A program made the translations under genes and the position numbers. Below are positions 1 to 12,801 of a stretch of DNA of 64,000 nt, one piece after another. The stretch spans positions 783,181 to 847,180 of the forward strand of contig JAAOMT010000597.1 of NCBI GenBank assembly GCA_016748015.1, in the 5' to 3' direction. The stretch is from Geosiphon pyriformis uo1. Lineage: Eukaryota > Fungi > Glomeromycota. Position 1 is the first letter of the stretch. The number at the start of each line of letters is the position of its first letter. The notes beneath the pieces were generated by a model. It saw only the letters and a program-made list of their open reading frames with translations, was not told where the DNA came from and searched no databases.

Positions 1-3000
1 CTTGGATTTTTTAAACATGTTGATAAAGAACATGGTCACAAAAAACATTTGCATCTTACAATTCTCGTAGAGGGGCATGACAAAAAAACATCCGAGACTC
101 AATTCAAAATATTTATGTGGGATTTATGTGAATGGAAAGAAACAAGGGAGTTTGGATATGAACTTGACATGAGACTGTTTAAAAAAGGACAACAATTACC
201 TATTATGGATTCTGTTAGCACTACTGTTATACTCGATGAAACCAGGCGACTATCATTTATAATTCAATCGGAGGAGACCAAAAAGACTTATCCAAATTTT
301 ATCCCAATTGCCGATTTCTTTAAGCAGTTATCAGCACCCGAAGGCAGTCGAAAAATCTCCAAATCTAGTAAACGCTCTGAGGCGGGGCATGATATAAAAA
401 TGTCGTATAGCCAAAGAGCCCAGACTATACCGACAGATAATAATCCAAAACAGAAATCACAATTTGTCAAAAGAATGAGTGAAGGTCAATTAACTGAAAA
501 TGAGCCTAGTTCTAAAAAGGCTGTTGAGTTCATAAAACAGGCTTTAGGTGTCAGAGGCTCTGACTCCAATAGAAGGAATACTGAAAACCTAAAGGGTTTC
601 AGATTAGACACATCGCTATTTTTGAAGCAAGACCCTTTCGATCAACATCAAGGATATCTAAGAAAGTTTGAGCCTTGGAGCCAAATTCCTTTCCATGATA
701 CGGACCTCCAAAGGTTAACTCTTCTCGTTTTGCCTACTGGAGAAATTTTAAGACTATTCATTGGACATTTCACTATTCAGATCTGGCTTGTTAAAGACCC
801 TCGGGAAATATTTGGTCAATTAAACTTTATTTGGTCCCTTCAAGAAGATCTTTGGAAACATGAGAAAGAAATTATCGAATCTGCCGAATTAACTAATACG
901 GATCCTGAGCAATATGAATTTAAGATATGCTTAAGAAAAAACCAAGATCCTATCACCGTTCATTTTCAGATTGAACCGAATGAAACAACAGCCATCAATG
1001 CTATTAAAACTTTAAAATATCTGGAATCGAAGAGAGACGGATTGCCAAAAGATTCGGCGGATGATTTTTCATTTATAATCAAAAAAACAACTTTGATATT
1101 TGGGTCATTTTTAAAAGGCCAGCCTGAGATTTGGCGACTATTAGACTTAAACTATGGGATAACCCAACAACTGATCAAGATGAAGTGCTACGAAGTGGTC
1201 GAGAAAATCTTGAACGCAGTAGATAAAGATCAAAAAAACGCTTGTCTCCATATACCTCGTTCTACAAATTTTCTCCCTTCTGCCCTTGAAGAAGCGATGA
1301 ATTCAGGAAATATCAGCCTTTTAAGAAACCTTCTCAACTATTATTCAACCAATGGAAATCATAATCTCGGATGGATGACCACAATTTCTGAAGCTCTTCC
1401 AGAATTATTTAGAACTTACCCTGGCAAGTTCCAATGTTGTTGCTCGAGTTTTGAAATTACAACTTAAATCTTTCTAATCATTATTATCTCATTTAATCTT
1501 AGATTTGACCGTCGATTTATTTTCAAAACCAGTTTTTAATTATCGAAAAATTCATATTGATAAAGCACATTTCAGCAATATAAATCTCGATATATCTAAA
1601 GGTTCAGATCTCCATCCATTTACATATAGGGGTAATTTTTTACGAGAGTCGAATAAAGAGTCCTCTTTTCAGAATACAACTAAATATTCAGCATACGAGT
1701 TTTTCGTCGTACCACTTCCAAACATTATCGTTCGCCCGGAATCATCGAGTGCCTGTTTAAAATTTTACAAATTCTTGAGGATCAAAGAGCTACGTCCACG
1801 GGACTCCAGCCTATTTTATGGAATAGTCGTGAATGATCATAAAGACGAAATTTTTGAGAACCCAGTAATGGAAGCAATAATTGGGCATGAATGGCGTTCG
1901 ACAACAGCACTGCTATCTCATGTCAGAACATTATTTTATTGGATTTATCTTCTTTTTTTTTTGATTTGGTCAAAGGTATATTTGGATGTACGAGTTTATG
2001 GTGCAGACTATGAAAATTTTACACGCAAAGCTTCAATTTTTTTTTTGGTGGTTGCTTCTGTATTGCTTTTCTTTGAACTCTTGCGAATTTACCGACGTAA
2101 ACTAGCATATTTCAGAAACTTATATAATGTGCTCGATATAGGAGCTTGTGTTTTACCTATTGCAATGATGATATATGTTAATACAGGGAATGAGTCTGCT
2201 TGCTATAAAAATCAAATTGAGTGTAAAAATAGTGTCATATTTATGGCCTTTATAGTTTTTATCCTATCATTTCAAATGGTAAGAATATATTGAGTTGTGC
2301 TGATTATAAAGATTTCCCTTTTGGCTAATTTTTTTCTTTAAATTTTAGTTTTTGAGGCTAAGGTTTCTTCCAAGTAAGTCCTTAGAGATTTTAATGTAGT
2401 ATTTTACCTGAAATAAAATCTCCCTCATTGATAAATCTCTCTATAATCTATTTAAAGAAATTGGAGGCTACATTTACGCTCTCATTTATATAATTCGAAA
2501 GGCTTTTTGGTTCTTAGTTTCGGTTGTTATTATCGCAGTATGTTTTGCCTATACAATGTAAGAGGGGTTTTCATTTAAATTTAAAATATCTTTATTTTTA
2601 ATAGTAAATTTTTTTGGGTATTTCTCTTAGGTTTTTACTGCTTCATTGCGTGCCAGCATTTGGGGTAAATCCCAGCTCGACTAGATATACCAATAACCAA
2701 AATGGAAACAGTACCAATTCAACGATTGATCTGACTGAAGTTATTGATCCCTACGATTATATCGATAACTATTACAGCAACTTTTACAAATCACTTGAAG
2801 CTGTTTATTTTTGGGTAAATGGACGATGGGATCAAATTGATCGATGGAATTTTTGGCCAATTGACGTCATTTCCATAGTGGGATCAATTATACTAGTTAC
2901 TATTATGCAAAATATGTTGATTGCTTTGATGTCATAAGTATATTTTCAAAGTTAGGATGGAAAGCAAAAATGATTATATCCTAAGATAATTATTTCTTTT

Positions 3001-3311
3001 TAAGTAACGCCTACGACTCAGCGAGGGAACGTAGCAGACGTGGGCTATTACAAACGCGTACTCGTATGATTCTCGAAGCCGACGAAATGAAAACAGCTTT
3101 GGTTTTTATCATTCACGTCATCCCCGGTCTCTCGAGCTTGCTAGTGTTTTTTCCTTGCCTTAAATCTTTTTTTAAACAAATTCATCATTATCCGTCATTT
3201 ATATATTACGCAACTGATAGAATAGAGGTTGTCACTATTGATACTAGGGTCACCGAAATGGAGAATAAGCTGGATAAAATCTTAAAGGCGATAGATGGTC
3301 CTCACCAGTGA
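1..3311 (+). CDS. TRP-like (ion-transport family) cation channel, 5'-truncated, multi-exon
   Basis: Frame open from base 1. Inferred exons 1-1423, 1503-2278, 2349-2373, 2458-2557, 2631-~2933, 3005-3311. Motifs IFENPVMEAII..EW, YFRNLYNVLD, LRLRFLPKIGGYIY, pore region SLEAVYFWVNGRWD, and S6 NMLIALMSNAY match the fungal TRP-like channels expanded in Glomeromycota. Confidence 0.85.
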
Positions 3312-6163
3312 CAGCAAAAGATCAATTATATTAAGTTTTGACAGATTTATAGCTGATTCACTAAAATTCACGATTCATCTATATAGTTTTGTTATCCAAT
3401 TAGAGAAATATTTTAATTTTAATTTTTTGAAATATGTTTTGCAATAGATAATTCTGTTTAGCTGATATAAACTAGAAATTTAAAAATTTATATCTCGAAA
3501 TGGTCCTTTTATATGCGTTCTCAATTAATTCATAGCAACATTGTTCTCGTTAGATTGTCAAATTTTATAAAAAATTTGGTTAGATTGCTCATTTTTTAGA
3601 AGTTAAAGCAACTTTAATACTTAACCATGTATAAAATTACCAAAAATATTCATATTTAAAATACTCACAAAAAATTGAACAGCTTTAATCCATCTAAGAC
3701 TTACATTATTAAGATTAGATTCGAGTAAATTGTTTAATTTTTGAATTTGGGAATGAAATTTATTAAATTTACTGCCAAATTTCAAATAGTACAAGATAGT
3801 TAGTTTAATAAACATAAAATATATTCTTTGGTTTAAATATTGTAAAATCATAATAAATTAGATTTCGATTGGAAAACGCAAACATAAAATCACTTTCCTT
3901 CCAAAGTTTCGTCAGATAAAATTTGGAATTTAAGAAAATTGAAAACTATGATTTCTGAGCCTGCTTAAGACAAATGACCAAATGATTGTTTTGTGAAGAC
4001 AAACAAATGAAAGAATTAAATTATTCTTTAGAAAGTTGATGCCGTTAATTCACATCAATAAAAGTTTCGTAAATTTATATGATATTTTTTTTTTAAAATA
4101 AGGGATGGATATCCAAAAAAGGCACATAGAAAACATCATTCATAAAATTTTTTCAAACAGCAAGGATATTTTAAAACCTTATATAATTTTTTTAATTTGT
4201 CTTTTCACAAGAAAACTATTCAAAATGGTATTTAGTCATTTATTTTTTACTATTTGATTAGTATTCATAAAAAATAAAATTCTTGAATATATTATGTATG
4301 TTGAAAGTATCAAAATTTAACAATGGGTCAATTAATCTTTACTTTTTAAATTTCTGATAAATTAAAAAATTGACTTGAATAAATGGAAAAATTGCTGTTG
4401 TTAGATGTAATTTAAAAACGTTCTTAATAGCTTGGATGATGTATTAATAAAATTCTGGAGTTGCCCTTTAAAATTCCTTTAAATATTTTATTGTTATTAT
4501 TAGAAAAATAAAGTTATAACTTTTTGTTTTATAATTACTATAAGAAATTCAAAGTTTTTTTTTTGCTTATTTTTGTATAATGCTATATTCTACATACTTG
4601 AAAAAAAAAACTTTTTTTTTTTCATCAATATTATTCTTTATTCACTTTTTTCACATAATAAAATTCATTTACAACCATATATAATGTTGAAAAAATTGAG
4701 AATATTGTAAATGTGACAAAAAACAATGCAATTATTGGTTTAAATATTGTATTAAACAGGGAAATTGTGAGGAAACAATAAAAAAAAATTCTTAGTTTTC
4801 AAAGTAAAAAACAATAATAACAGCAATAACAATAATAGCAGCAGCAATAACAACAACAACGATTCTGTTAATTCATTTTAATTGTTATACTGATGTTTTA
4901 TGTGCATTAAACCAAAGATTCAACTTGAATTAACGATAGTCATCATATACATGTAGTAGTTAAATGAATAAAATCATTACTCATTATCGATATCTGGTAA
5001 GTTTCGCATAATTCTTGTGATACCTTAATTTAAATTATGGAACATTAAATCAAATTCGTTCTTAGATTTACGATCGAAATGAAATTTAGAATCTAAAACA
5101 TTGAATAAAAGGGGAGAAGCATTTCAAAATGTCGAAAATGGTAAAATTTTATTCATTTTAATGGAGTCTTTAATTATTATCACTCCCCGATTAAAATGAA
5201 ATTACAATATTCACAACAATGAGCTCACCAACATTAAAAATCAAAATTCTCGACCTAAATATTCAAAGTTTTTAGCTGAAAGAATCGCAATATTAAATTG
5301 AGATAAAAAAATTCATATTTTCTCGCTTCAAGTTTGAGATTTTCCACAAAGTTACCTACAAATACCAAATAAAGCAAACATAGCCAATCTTGTCAAAATT
5401 AAGGAATTATATATTAAAGATTAAATAAATATTCAAGTTTCTTCCAAATTCAATAATATTTGCCTTTCAATTATATCCACCGTTTCGGCCGGTTCATAAC
5501 GATCAAATATTGTTTTTGATTTTTAAATTTATTCTATAATATAATTTTGAATCATGTCTTGTTTGAAAAACTTCAAGGCACAAATATGCGAAAGGATAAA
5601 GAAAGCTGTCAAGATGATTTACAATTTTAGGATATTATGATATCAAAAGTTACCATTTGATCAAAAAAATCTTTTACCAACCAAAATTTTTATCGAGCAA
5701 CATTTTCGGTCAAAAAATGGTAATGAATAAACTCTAAAGCAGAATGTATTTTATTGTTCTTATCTAACTCAATAAATCAATATTGAAGTTTTTTAATGGG
5801 TCTCCAGATTTCAATAAAATTTTAAAGTTAGAAACTAAACATTAAAATCATAAACTCATTTATTCTATATTTAATAGTTGAGAAATCATCAAGATAAACA
5901 AAAATGGGTTTATTAATAAGTTTAGAAACATTTTTAGAATCATTGTATTATCGAAATATACTTTATTTCACAATGATAAAACATTTGATGAAATATAGTA
6001 TGATTTTTCTAATAGATTTAACAAAAACTAGTGATTATTAGCTAATTATCATATTATGATTATCAAAATAATCAAGAGTATTGTCATTATTATTATTATT
6101 ATTATCATTATTATTATATTAAATCAAAGAATGAGTTATTGGTTAACAGCTAATAGGGACTAA

Positions 6164-6994
6164 TTAAACCATTACTACGGAGGCAATGAAAATCATCGAA
6201 AGAGCAGTCATTAAACCATTTGAATGCCCACTCTTTCCCAACAAAAAATTACGAGATGCATCTGATGTTGAATTTCCATTTGAGCCACTTTGTGGAACAA
6301 CTTCCACTACAACTTGTGTACCTTTTGGACCTTCAGGATCTTCACTATTAGTTTCAGTCACGGGATCATTTGATTTTGATGATGCTGAAGTAGGTGTGGT
6401 GTCTGGAAGTTTGGTTACGTTAGTACTTGTATTTGACATTTGTGAGTTGAGAGTGGAGTTTAGAGTAGAGGTTGTATTTAGAGTATTATTCAATGCGGTA
6501 TGGACATCTCCGGTGATTGATTCACTGAGCGCAGTGGCATTGAAGGGAGAATTGTTTCCGTTTGATGATAAAGCTGTTGAGTTAATAGGTAGATTATTGG
6601 GAGTTGATACACTACCCACGAGGTTTGGTGTTTGAAAACCAACATTTGGACCAATATTGTTGCTACCAGAGCGATTCGAGTCATTCGAGTTATTCGAGTT
6701 ATTTGAGTTATTCGAGTTATTTGAGGTATTCGAGGTAGTCTGTAGAGAATTAGTAGGTACGACTGACGTTGTTTAAGAGAAAAAATTCATTATTAACTTC
6801 AATTAATTGATTTAGTGATAAAAAAAAATGAAAATTTTAATTGGAGAAATACCAGTTTGAACAGTTCCGTCACCTTTATTTTCTGATGGTGGACCCCGAA
6901 TTCTAAGTCTTGATGGTGAAGCTTCGACCAAATTACTAAATGTGAATAGCAATGCGACAGCAGCAAGAATTGTGAGACGTTTATAGCTGGCCAT
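6164..6994 (-). CDS. Secreted, probably GPI-anchored Ser/Thr/Asn-rich cell-surface protein (2 exons)
   Basis: Exon 6994-6853 encodes signal peptide MASYKRLTILAAVALLFTFSNLVEA. GT-AG intron 6852-6763 joins it in frame to 6762-6164. Low-complexity S/T/N body; C-terminal small residues (SDAS) followed by hydrophobic tail LMTALSMIFIASVVMV. Confidence 0.8.
6672..6737. repeat. 9-bp tandem repeat (ATTCGAGTT-like) encoding SNN repeats
   Basis: About 7 imperfect copies visible; reads TSNTSNNSNNSNNSNNSNDSN on the minus strand. Confidence 0.85.
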
Positions 6995-8399
6995 ATTTTT
7001 TGGTAAAGTGAGAAGTTTGGTGATGGTTATTATCAGGTGAGGTGAGATGTGGTCAACGTTTTTTGAATAGTAATGAAGGTTATTAAATTTGCCTTTCTAT
7101 TAAACGAATGTAAATAGTGAAGTACAGCCTCCAATAGAGAGAGAGGGAGAGAGAGATAAAGAGAGAATAAAGGTAAGATAGAAGGAAAAGATGAATAATA
7201 AAAATTAACATCATTTTCAGCCCTTCTTTTTTTAATTTATACTTTTTTTTTGTGACTGTACCACTTGAAATATGATAGGTAAACATGCTCATCAATTTGA
7301 CAGAATAGCTGGTATAGGCTGATTGATATGCAATTAATATAAAATTAATTTATAATTAATGATAGGTAATTTATCATCGTGTTTATCCAAATATTATTTG
7401 AAAGTTTCGTATTGGGTGTTCTGGTGTGGTGCATGCACTTAAATAAGTTTCACTGATTGCATGAATTTTTCATTTTGTTTATATTGAATCTAATGAAAAC
7501 AGAAACTTCATTCTTTTTATGAAAAATATCTTTGTACATTTATATAAAATTGGGACTTATATTAATTCCAGAACCTACTATCACATAAAAGGAATAAACT
7601 TATTTTTCTTGTATGATAAAGCATTCAATAAATTTATGTATACAATACATTTTCATTTTTAGTTATTTTCATATAAATTACAGCGTTTATCGAATATCAT
7701 ACCAATTTCTATAAAGTGTTATCTTAATTGTAGAAAATATTTCAAGAAAATTACCTTGATAGAGATTGAGTGACTTGATTCGAGATTTTTCATTGTCAAA
7801 ATTATCTTTAATTTACAATTTATGAATTTCATAATAAAGATCTCTTTAAAATAAATCAAATAATCACTGATCATAATCATTCACCTTTAATTGTGATTCA
7901 TGAAGATATTCTAAGTTTTTATTCATTGGTTTTTAATCTCCAAATTTCAATATCCAATGAAGAGAATTAGGAATTGGGAAAGGAAAATAAGTGATATGGA
8001 AGGATTGGATATTTAGAAATGATTATAAAAAATGAAGTATGATAATTTCAAAATAGTCCATTCAAGGATTGGTTAAATATGATAAGGCTTTTTCTTCATT
8101 TACGCGAGTACATTTTTGTTACAAATTCGAAATTATTTCGTTTCAGAGTAAACTCAATTGAGAGATTAAGCGATAAGTTTTTTAGAAGAATTCATCTCAA
8201 TAAAGAATTGGACAATCGAATTTCGCGCGATTGGAGTTTGGTCTTGAGTCCTTCACTTGAATTTAAAAGAAAATTGTCTATTGAGTTAAGAAATGTGAAT
8301 GAGTTCAAAAAAATTCGATTCTATTGTCTCAACGAATATCTCATAATCAAAAGTGTGCGTAAATAGGTAAAAGTAATCAATTTTTATTTATCAATGAGA

Positions 8400-9250
8400 A
8401 TACGAGTGGATTATAACGCGTCAATTGTAGTACCAAACATTACTATTTCGTGCATGATCCCCAGAGGAGGTCCCGAGCACCATTTTCATCTCTTTTCATT
8501 ATAGTTCCGTAATTCCAGCAGTTGTAGACTTCGAATCCTCCGATACTTTTTATGCTACTACACCGGATACAAGACTTGAATTTATAGGTTTCAATTTAAA
8601 TAACAACACAAGCCCCTAACTTCTCGTCCTTGGTATTCTAACATTGGCAGAGACAGTAATGTGCTCAGTAAAGCATTTTGGACAGTCTTTCGCGTAATTT
8701 TTCTTGCCTTAAAATTTTTCTGTTTGAAACTTCAAATGAGGATAAAAATTGCGTCAAACTCGCGAGTGAAGAACAAGATCATCTTCCTGTGGATCTTTCT
8801 CTACAGATGTAAAATCCTTCATAATAGTGCGAGACTGATTTGTCAAGTTTTGAAGTAGAGACACCCAGTTTGAGAATATGTAAGTTCTCGTCAGATGTGA
8901 GCTTGTGTGGATAGGGCTACTTATTGTTTCTGTGCTTAGTTTCGAAGTGTAAAGACCATAGCAGATTTATTCATTTTATAAAAACATAGTTATATTGTAT
9001 CCATATGCATAGCTATGCATTGACAAAGTGTCAAGAAAAAATATTTTTGGCGCAAATCGTAATAGTTTGATGCGATGACTTATGTGACTAGAAAGAAATA
9101 CCTCTTTTTGCTTGATGCTGGAGACACGGCCGTAGAGGTGATCTTTCTTGGTAGTGGTGGTCGTGGCGGCACTGCTTATAATTGCATTTAGGAATTTAGT
9201 TTGGGAAAAAGGTAAGAGTACATGGAAAAAGTGAGATAGCAAAAAAGAAT
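8400..9250 (-). pseudogene. Degraded coding-like sequence of unknown family, paralogous to 53280-53810
   Basis: Collinear shared blocks with 53280-53810 (e.g. aattgcgtcaaactc(g/a)cgagtgaa at 8747 and 53373). Minus-strand peptide FTREFDAI; stops and frameshifts. Confidence 0.55.
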
Positions 9251-9369
9251 CTGAGGATATTTATTATCACTATTTTGAACCTGATATTCATTATCAAGTA
9301 GTTTGATTAGTAAAGCAAATGGCTAATATTTTTATTGATGTATGAAAAATGGGAAGGGGAAACTGATTT

Positions 9370-9821
9370 TGACGCATCGAGAACCTAACATTAGAAACGT
9401 CATAAAATCTACTCTAATACAGCCCGGCTGAAAGTAATGGCAGCAGAATTTGTCGCGTTACCAATCTCATTGCAGAAAAGGGCGACGCGTAAACATTATT
9501 TTTGGTTACCCCTGATGTCACACAACCTCTTATTTATTCCTGCCGTCACCCATTTTATCTTTTCATCTATTATGTCACATACCGAATTTACCCTAAACCC
9601 ATAAAATCAAACGGTGAAGTCACCAAGTACTTTTGACACAACGGTCACTACAATACAACCGAAATTGCCCAAGATAGCTGGTCTTCCACTTTATTCCTGT
9701 CAATGTTACATCTCTCTACTTTGCGAAATTGGTTAAATTTCGAATATTCATCTTCCTGGCCACTCACAAGCAGACGTCACCAGTTTGACAAAATTGTGAA
9801 TGAAAATCATTTCGTTATGAC
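9370..9821. promoter_or_regulatory. Cluster of TGAC/GTCAC motifs, candidate regulatory module
   Basis: 12 TGAC/GTCA words in ~450 bp, six of them same-strand GTCAC (9517, 9545, 9574, 9619, 9644, 9776). Confidence 0.3.
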
Positions 9822-11361
9822 AGCCGAAATCAAAGCGCATTCAGGGTTCGAATATAACAAAAAAAGTAAAAGGAATGGTAGGAAAAAAACTGTGTCTCAA
9901 GAGGTTTTTACTGGATTAATAAAGATTAATGAGCAAACCTTCCAAAGGTGGTATTTATTAATCTTCGTAACTTGTTTGCTTGTATAAATGCAGAAGGAGG
10001 CCATAATAAGTATTAGTTGTTATATATATTATGGCGTTGGTATTAAGATATCTCGAATAAAAAATTCCTCAAAAAAAATAACTTAATACTTTTTGTGGAA
10101 GAAAAACAATTTTTTATGTAACAATATCGGTTATCTGAAATTTTTACTCAAATTTGATATTATCTATGTTTGTTATAATATAGAAGGGGGTTTGCTTGAA
10201 TCAACTAGCTTGAAGTGACCGAGCTAAAAAAACCGAGGTAAATTTTTTTTTCATGCTTAACAAAAATAGTTTTATTTTCTTCCTTCCTGTTGTAAAAACT
10301 TTCTTAAAAAATAGCTCCTATATTCAAGTAAATATGACTGATCAAGTTTATTTTTTTTCTTTTAAAATAAAGCTTATAATTTGGGGATATTTTATTTTTA
10401 AATAATATATTAATATATATCATATCATATCATATCATATATCATTTCAAAATCATATCACATACTCGATTTAGCAGCACACAGATTTGCCTTAAATCAA
10501 GGGGGAGGTCACCTTTTATCGACAAATTCCAAAAGCTTAAGGAGTAATAATGTTCAAAACTTAATTTTTGTATAGATATCTCAAAATTGGCATGGTATTA
10601 ATTCTTTTTTAAAAAAAAAGACAAAGGTTGGTAGTAACCTTAAACAAAAAATGGCAACATAAGATTTCCCTTTAAAATAGGTTCAGTGTAAAATTGAAAG
10701 AGTAGATATAAATTAATAATAAAAAAGTTTTTCCTTGAGGTTAGACAGGTTAAAAATAAAGACCTTTTTATTTTCGATTGAATAATTTTAATCAAGTTTT
10801 ATACTTTCTTAATGAAGATTCAATATAATTATTTTTAGCTTATAATATAAATGGTCCCTTTTTAATTTATTAATATTTTTAATTTAAAATAAAAAATAGT
10901 ATCAAGAACAAAGAAAAATGAACAAACTCAAAACTTCATATTCATCGAATATTTGTTGTATTGAATAAACAAGTATTTTGCAACATAAGTTTAATGTTTA
11001 TGTTTTAAAAAGATATTCAGAATTTATTTCGTTAAAATATAATAAAACTTTAGTTAGTCAGTTTTTACTTTTTAGAATTTAGGTTAACTAAATCGTACTA
11101 AATTGTCTTTTTTATATGTTAAACCAAAGTCTGGTAGTCCAATTTCCCAAATAATATTATAAAAGAAGGTAAATACATTTTTATTTGAAACATATATTTT
11201 ATACTTTTACATATTTCTTTTGTCAAGAATACTTTTCAATAAATCACAAAAACCTTTATAATTATACCTGAGATAATCTTGATTTGCTGATCCCGGAAGA
11301 TCATTTAGGGGACGGAATAATGCGAACACTATTTCGTAGTTCATAGCATTTTATTTTATTC

Positions 11362-11363
<2 letters not shown>

Positions 11364-11400
<37 letters not shown>
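11364..11400. repeat. (TTA)n microsatellite
   Basis: Direct observation. Confidence 0.9.
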
Positions 11401-11722
11401 CAAAGTTTAAATCAGAAAACTAAAGGTTATGGTGCTTGTAAGATCAACTTCCAAGTGTGTTGTATTTGCTTACATTTTCTACCAACAAGTATTCATTACC
11501 TATCTATCAAATCGAAAATATAGAATGTTACTCTCGCTATCAAAATATATTATAGAATCAGTTAAATAATATATACAATTAAATAAATTGAAAGCTAAAG
11601 AAACTTGTTTCAATACACTAATTCAATGAAAAAAATTAATATTTTATATAAAACAATTAAAATTATCTTGCAAAATTTACAAAACTAATTATCTTAATAT
11701 CTTTTATTTTATTATCTAGTAA

Positions 11723-12031
11723 TTAATACTTATGATGATGATGATCTTTATTATGATGGTAGTGGTGGGGATGATGGTTTGATCGTCCTCTCAAGTTGAC
11801 ACCATGCGTGCGATGGTGCCATGAATGGTTTGATTGTGGTGGATTCCTTCCTTCAATTTCAAGGTCATCGTATTCATCATCATCATCATCAGAAAAGGTT
11901 TTATGATGTCTATGTCTTGGAAAACTATGATTTGATTTTTTTCCATTGGGATTTTTGTGAATGAATGAAGTCGCAAAAAAAATACCACCAAGAGCAGCAG
12001 AAAAAGAGAATAATATATTTCTTTGTGCCAT
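11723..12031 (-). CDS. Small His-rich/Asp-rich protein with N-terminal hydrophobic segment (102 aa)
   Basis: ATG-initiated single ORF, GC above flanks, TATA-like TATATATAA about 100 bp upstream. Hydrophobic ILFSFSAALGGIFFA, acidic DDDDDEYDD, and His-rich tail HHPHHYHHNKDHHHHKY. Confidence 0.65.
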   Translation of the reverse strand: MAQRNILFSFSAALGGIFFATSFIHKNPNGKKSNHSFPRHRHHKTFSDDDDDEYDDLEIEGRNPPQSNHSWHHRTHGVNLRGRSNHHPHHYHHNKDHHHHKY

Positions 12032-12642
12032 GTTGATTAATGAAAAAATTTCAAGAAATCTGTTAGTTTGTTATGATTAAAAGTGTTTTCGATACAAGTA
12101 AGTTCTAACGAAAAATATAGAAGAAAGAGGTTATATATATAGAAGAAAATTAAATGCAAAGTTGAAATAATATTAATAATCGTTTTTACTGTGGTCAATG
12201 TCGTAAAATGACTATGAAACTTTGCAAAATGATATAGTATGGTCGAAAATGGTCATTTCTTGGCACATTTACAGTTCTAAATACAAAATTTATCATCTCA
12301 TTAATAGAGACATATTTATAATTCTACTGATTGAAAAGAATTGAACCGATAATTCGTGTTCATTATCATTATCGACAAAGCAAAAAAGAAACATAGTTCA
12401 AAATTTACTACTATCAGTCTCATTTATCGGAACATATTTTCCCTTATGCATTTATACAAAAATTTTAAAAAGGAATAAATGGCAATGTAATTTAATTTAA
12501 ATCGGCATTTTGGAGTATGCAAAATTTTACAGGAGACATGGAACGCATGGTGTCGATCAAAATTAACGTCCTATAACCAACCAGATTGATTATTTGAAAT
12601 TAAATAAACCTCAGATATTTTTGCTGCGGTTACAAAAAGTGA

Positions 12643-12801
<159 letters not shown>

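Noticed and set aside
6186-6635. Plus-strand 149-aa ORF and similar overlaps (46241-46594, 51484-51804, 55874-56410, 23972-24235)
   Set aside because: Antisense shadows of well-supported genes.
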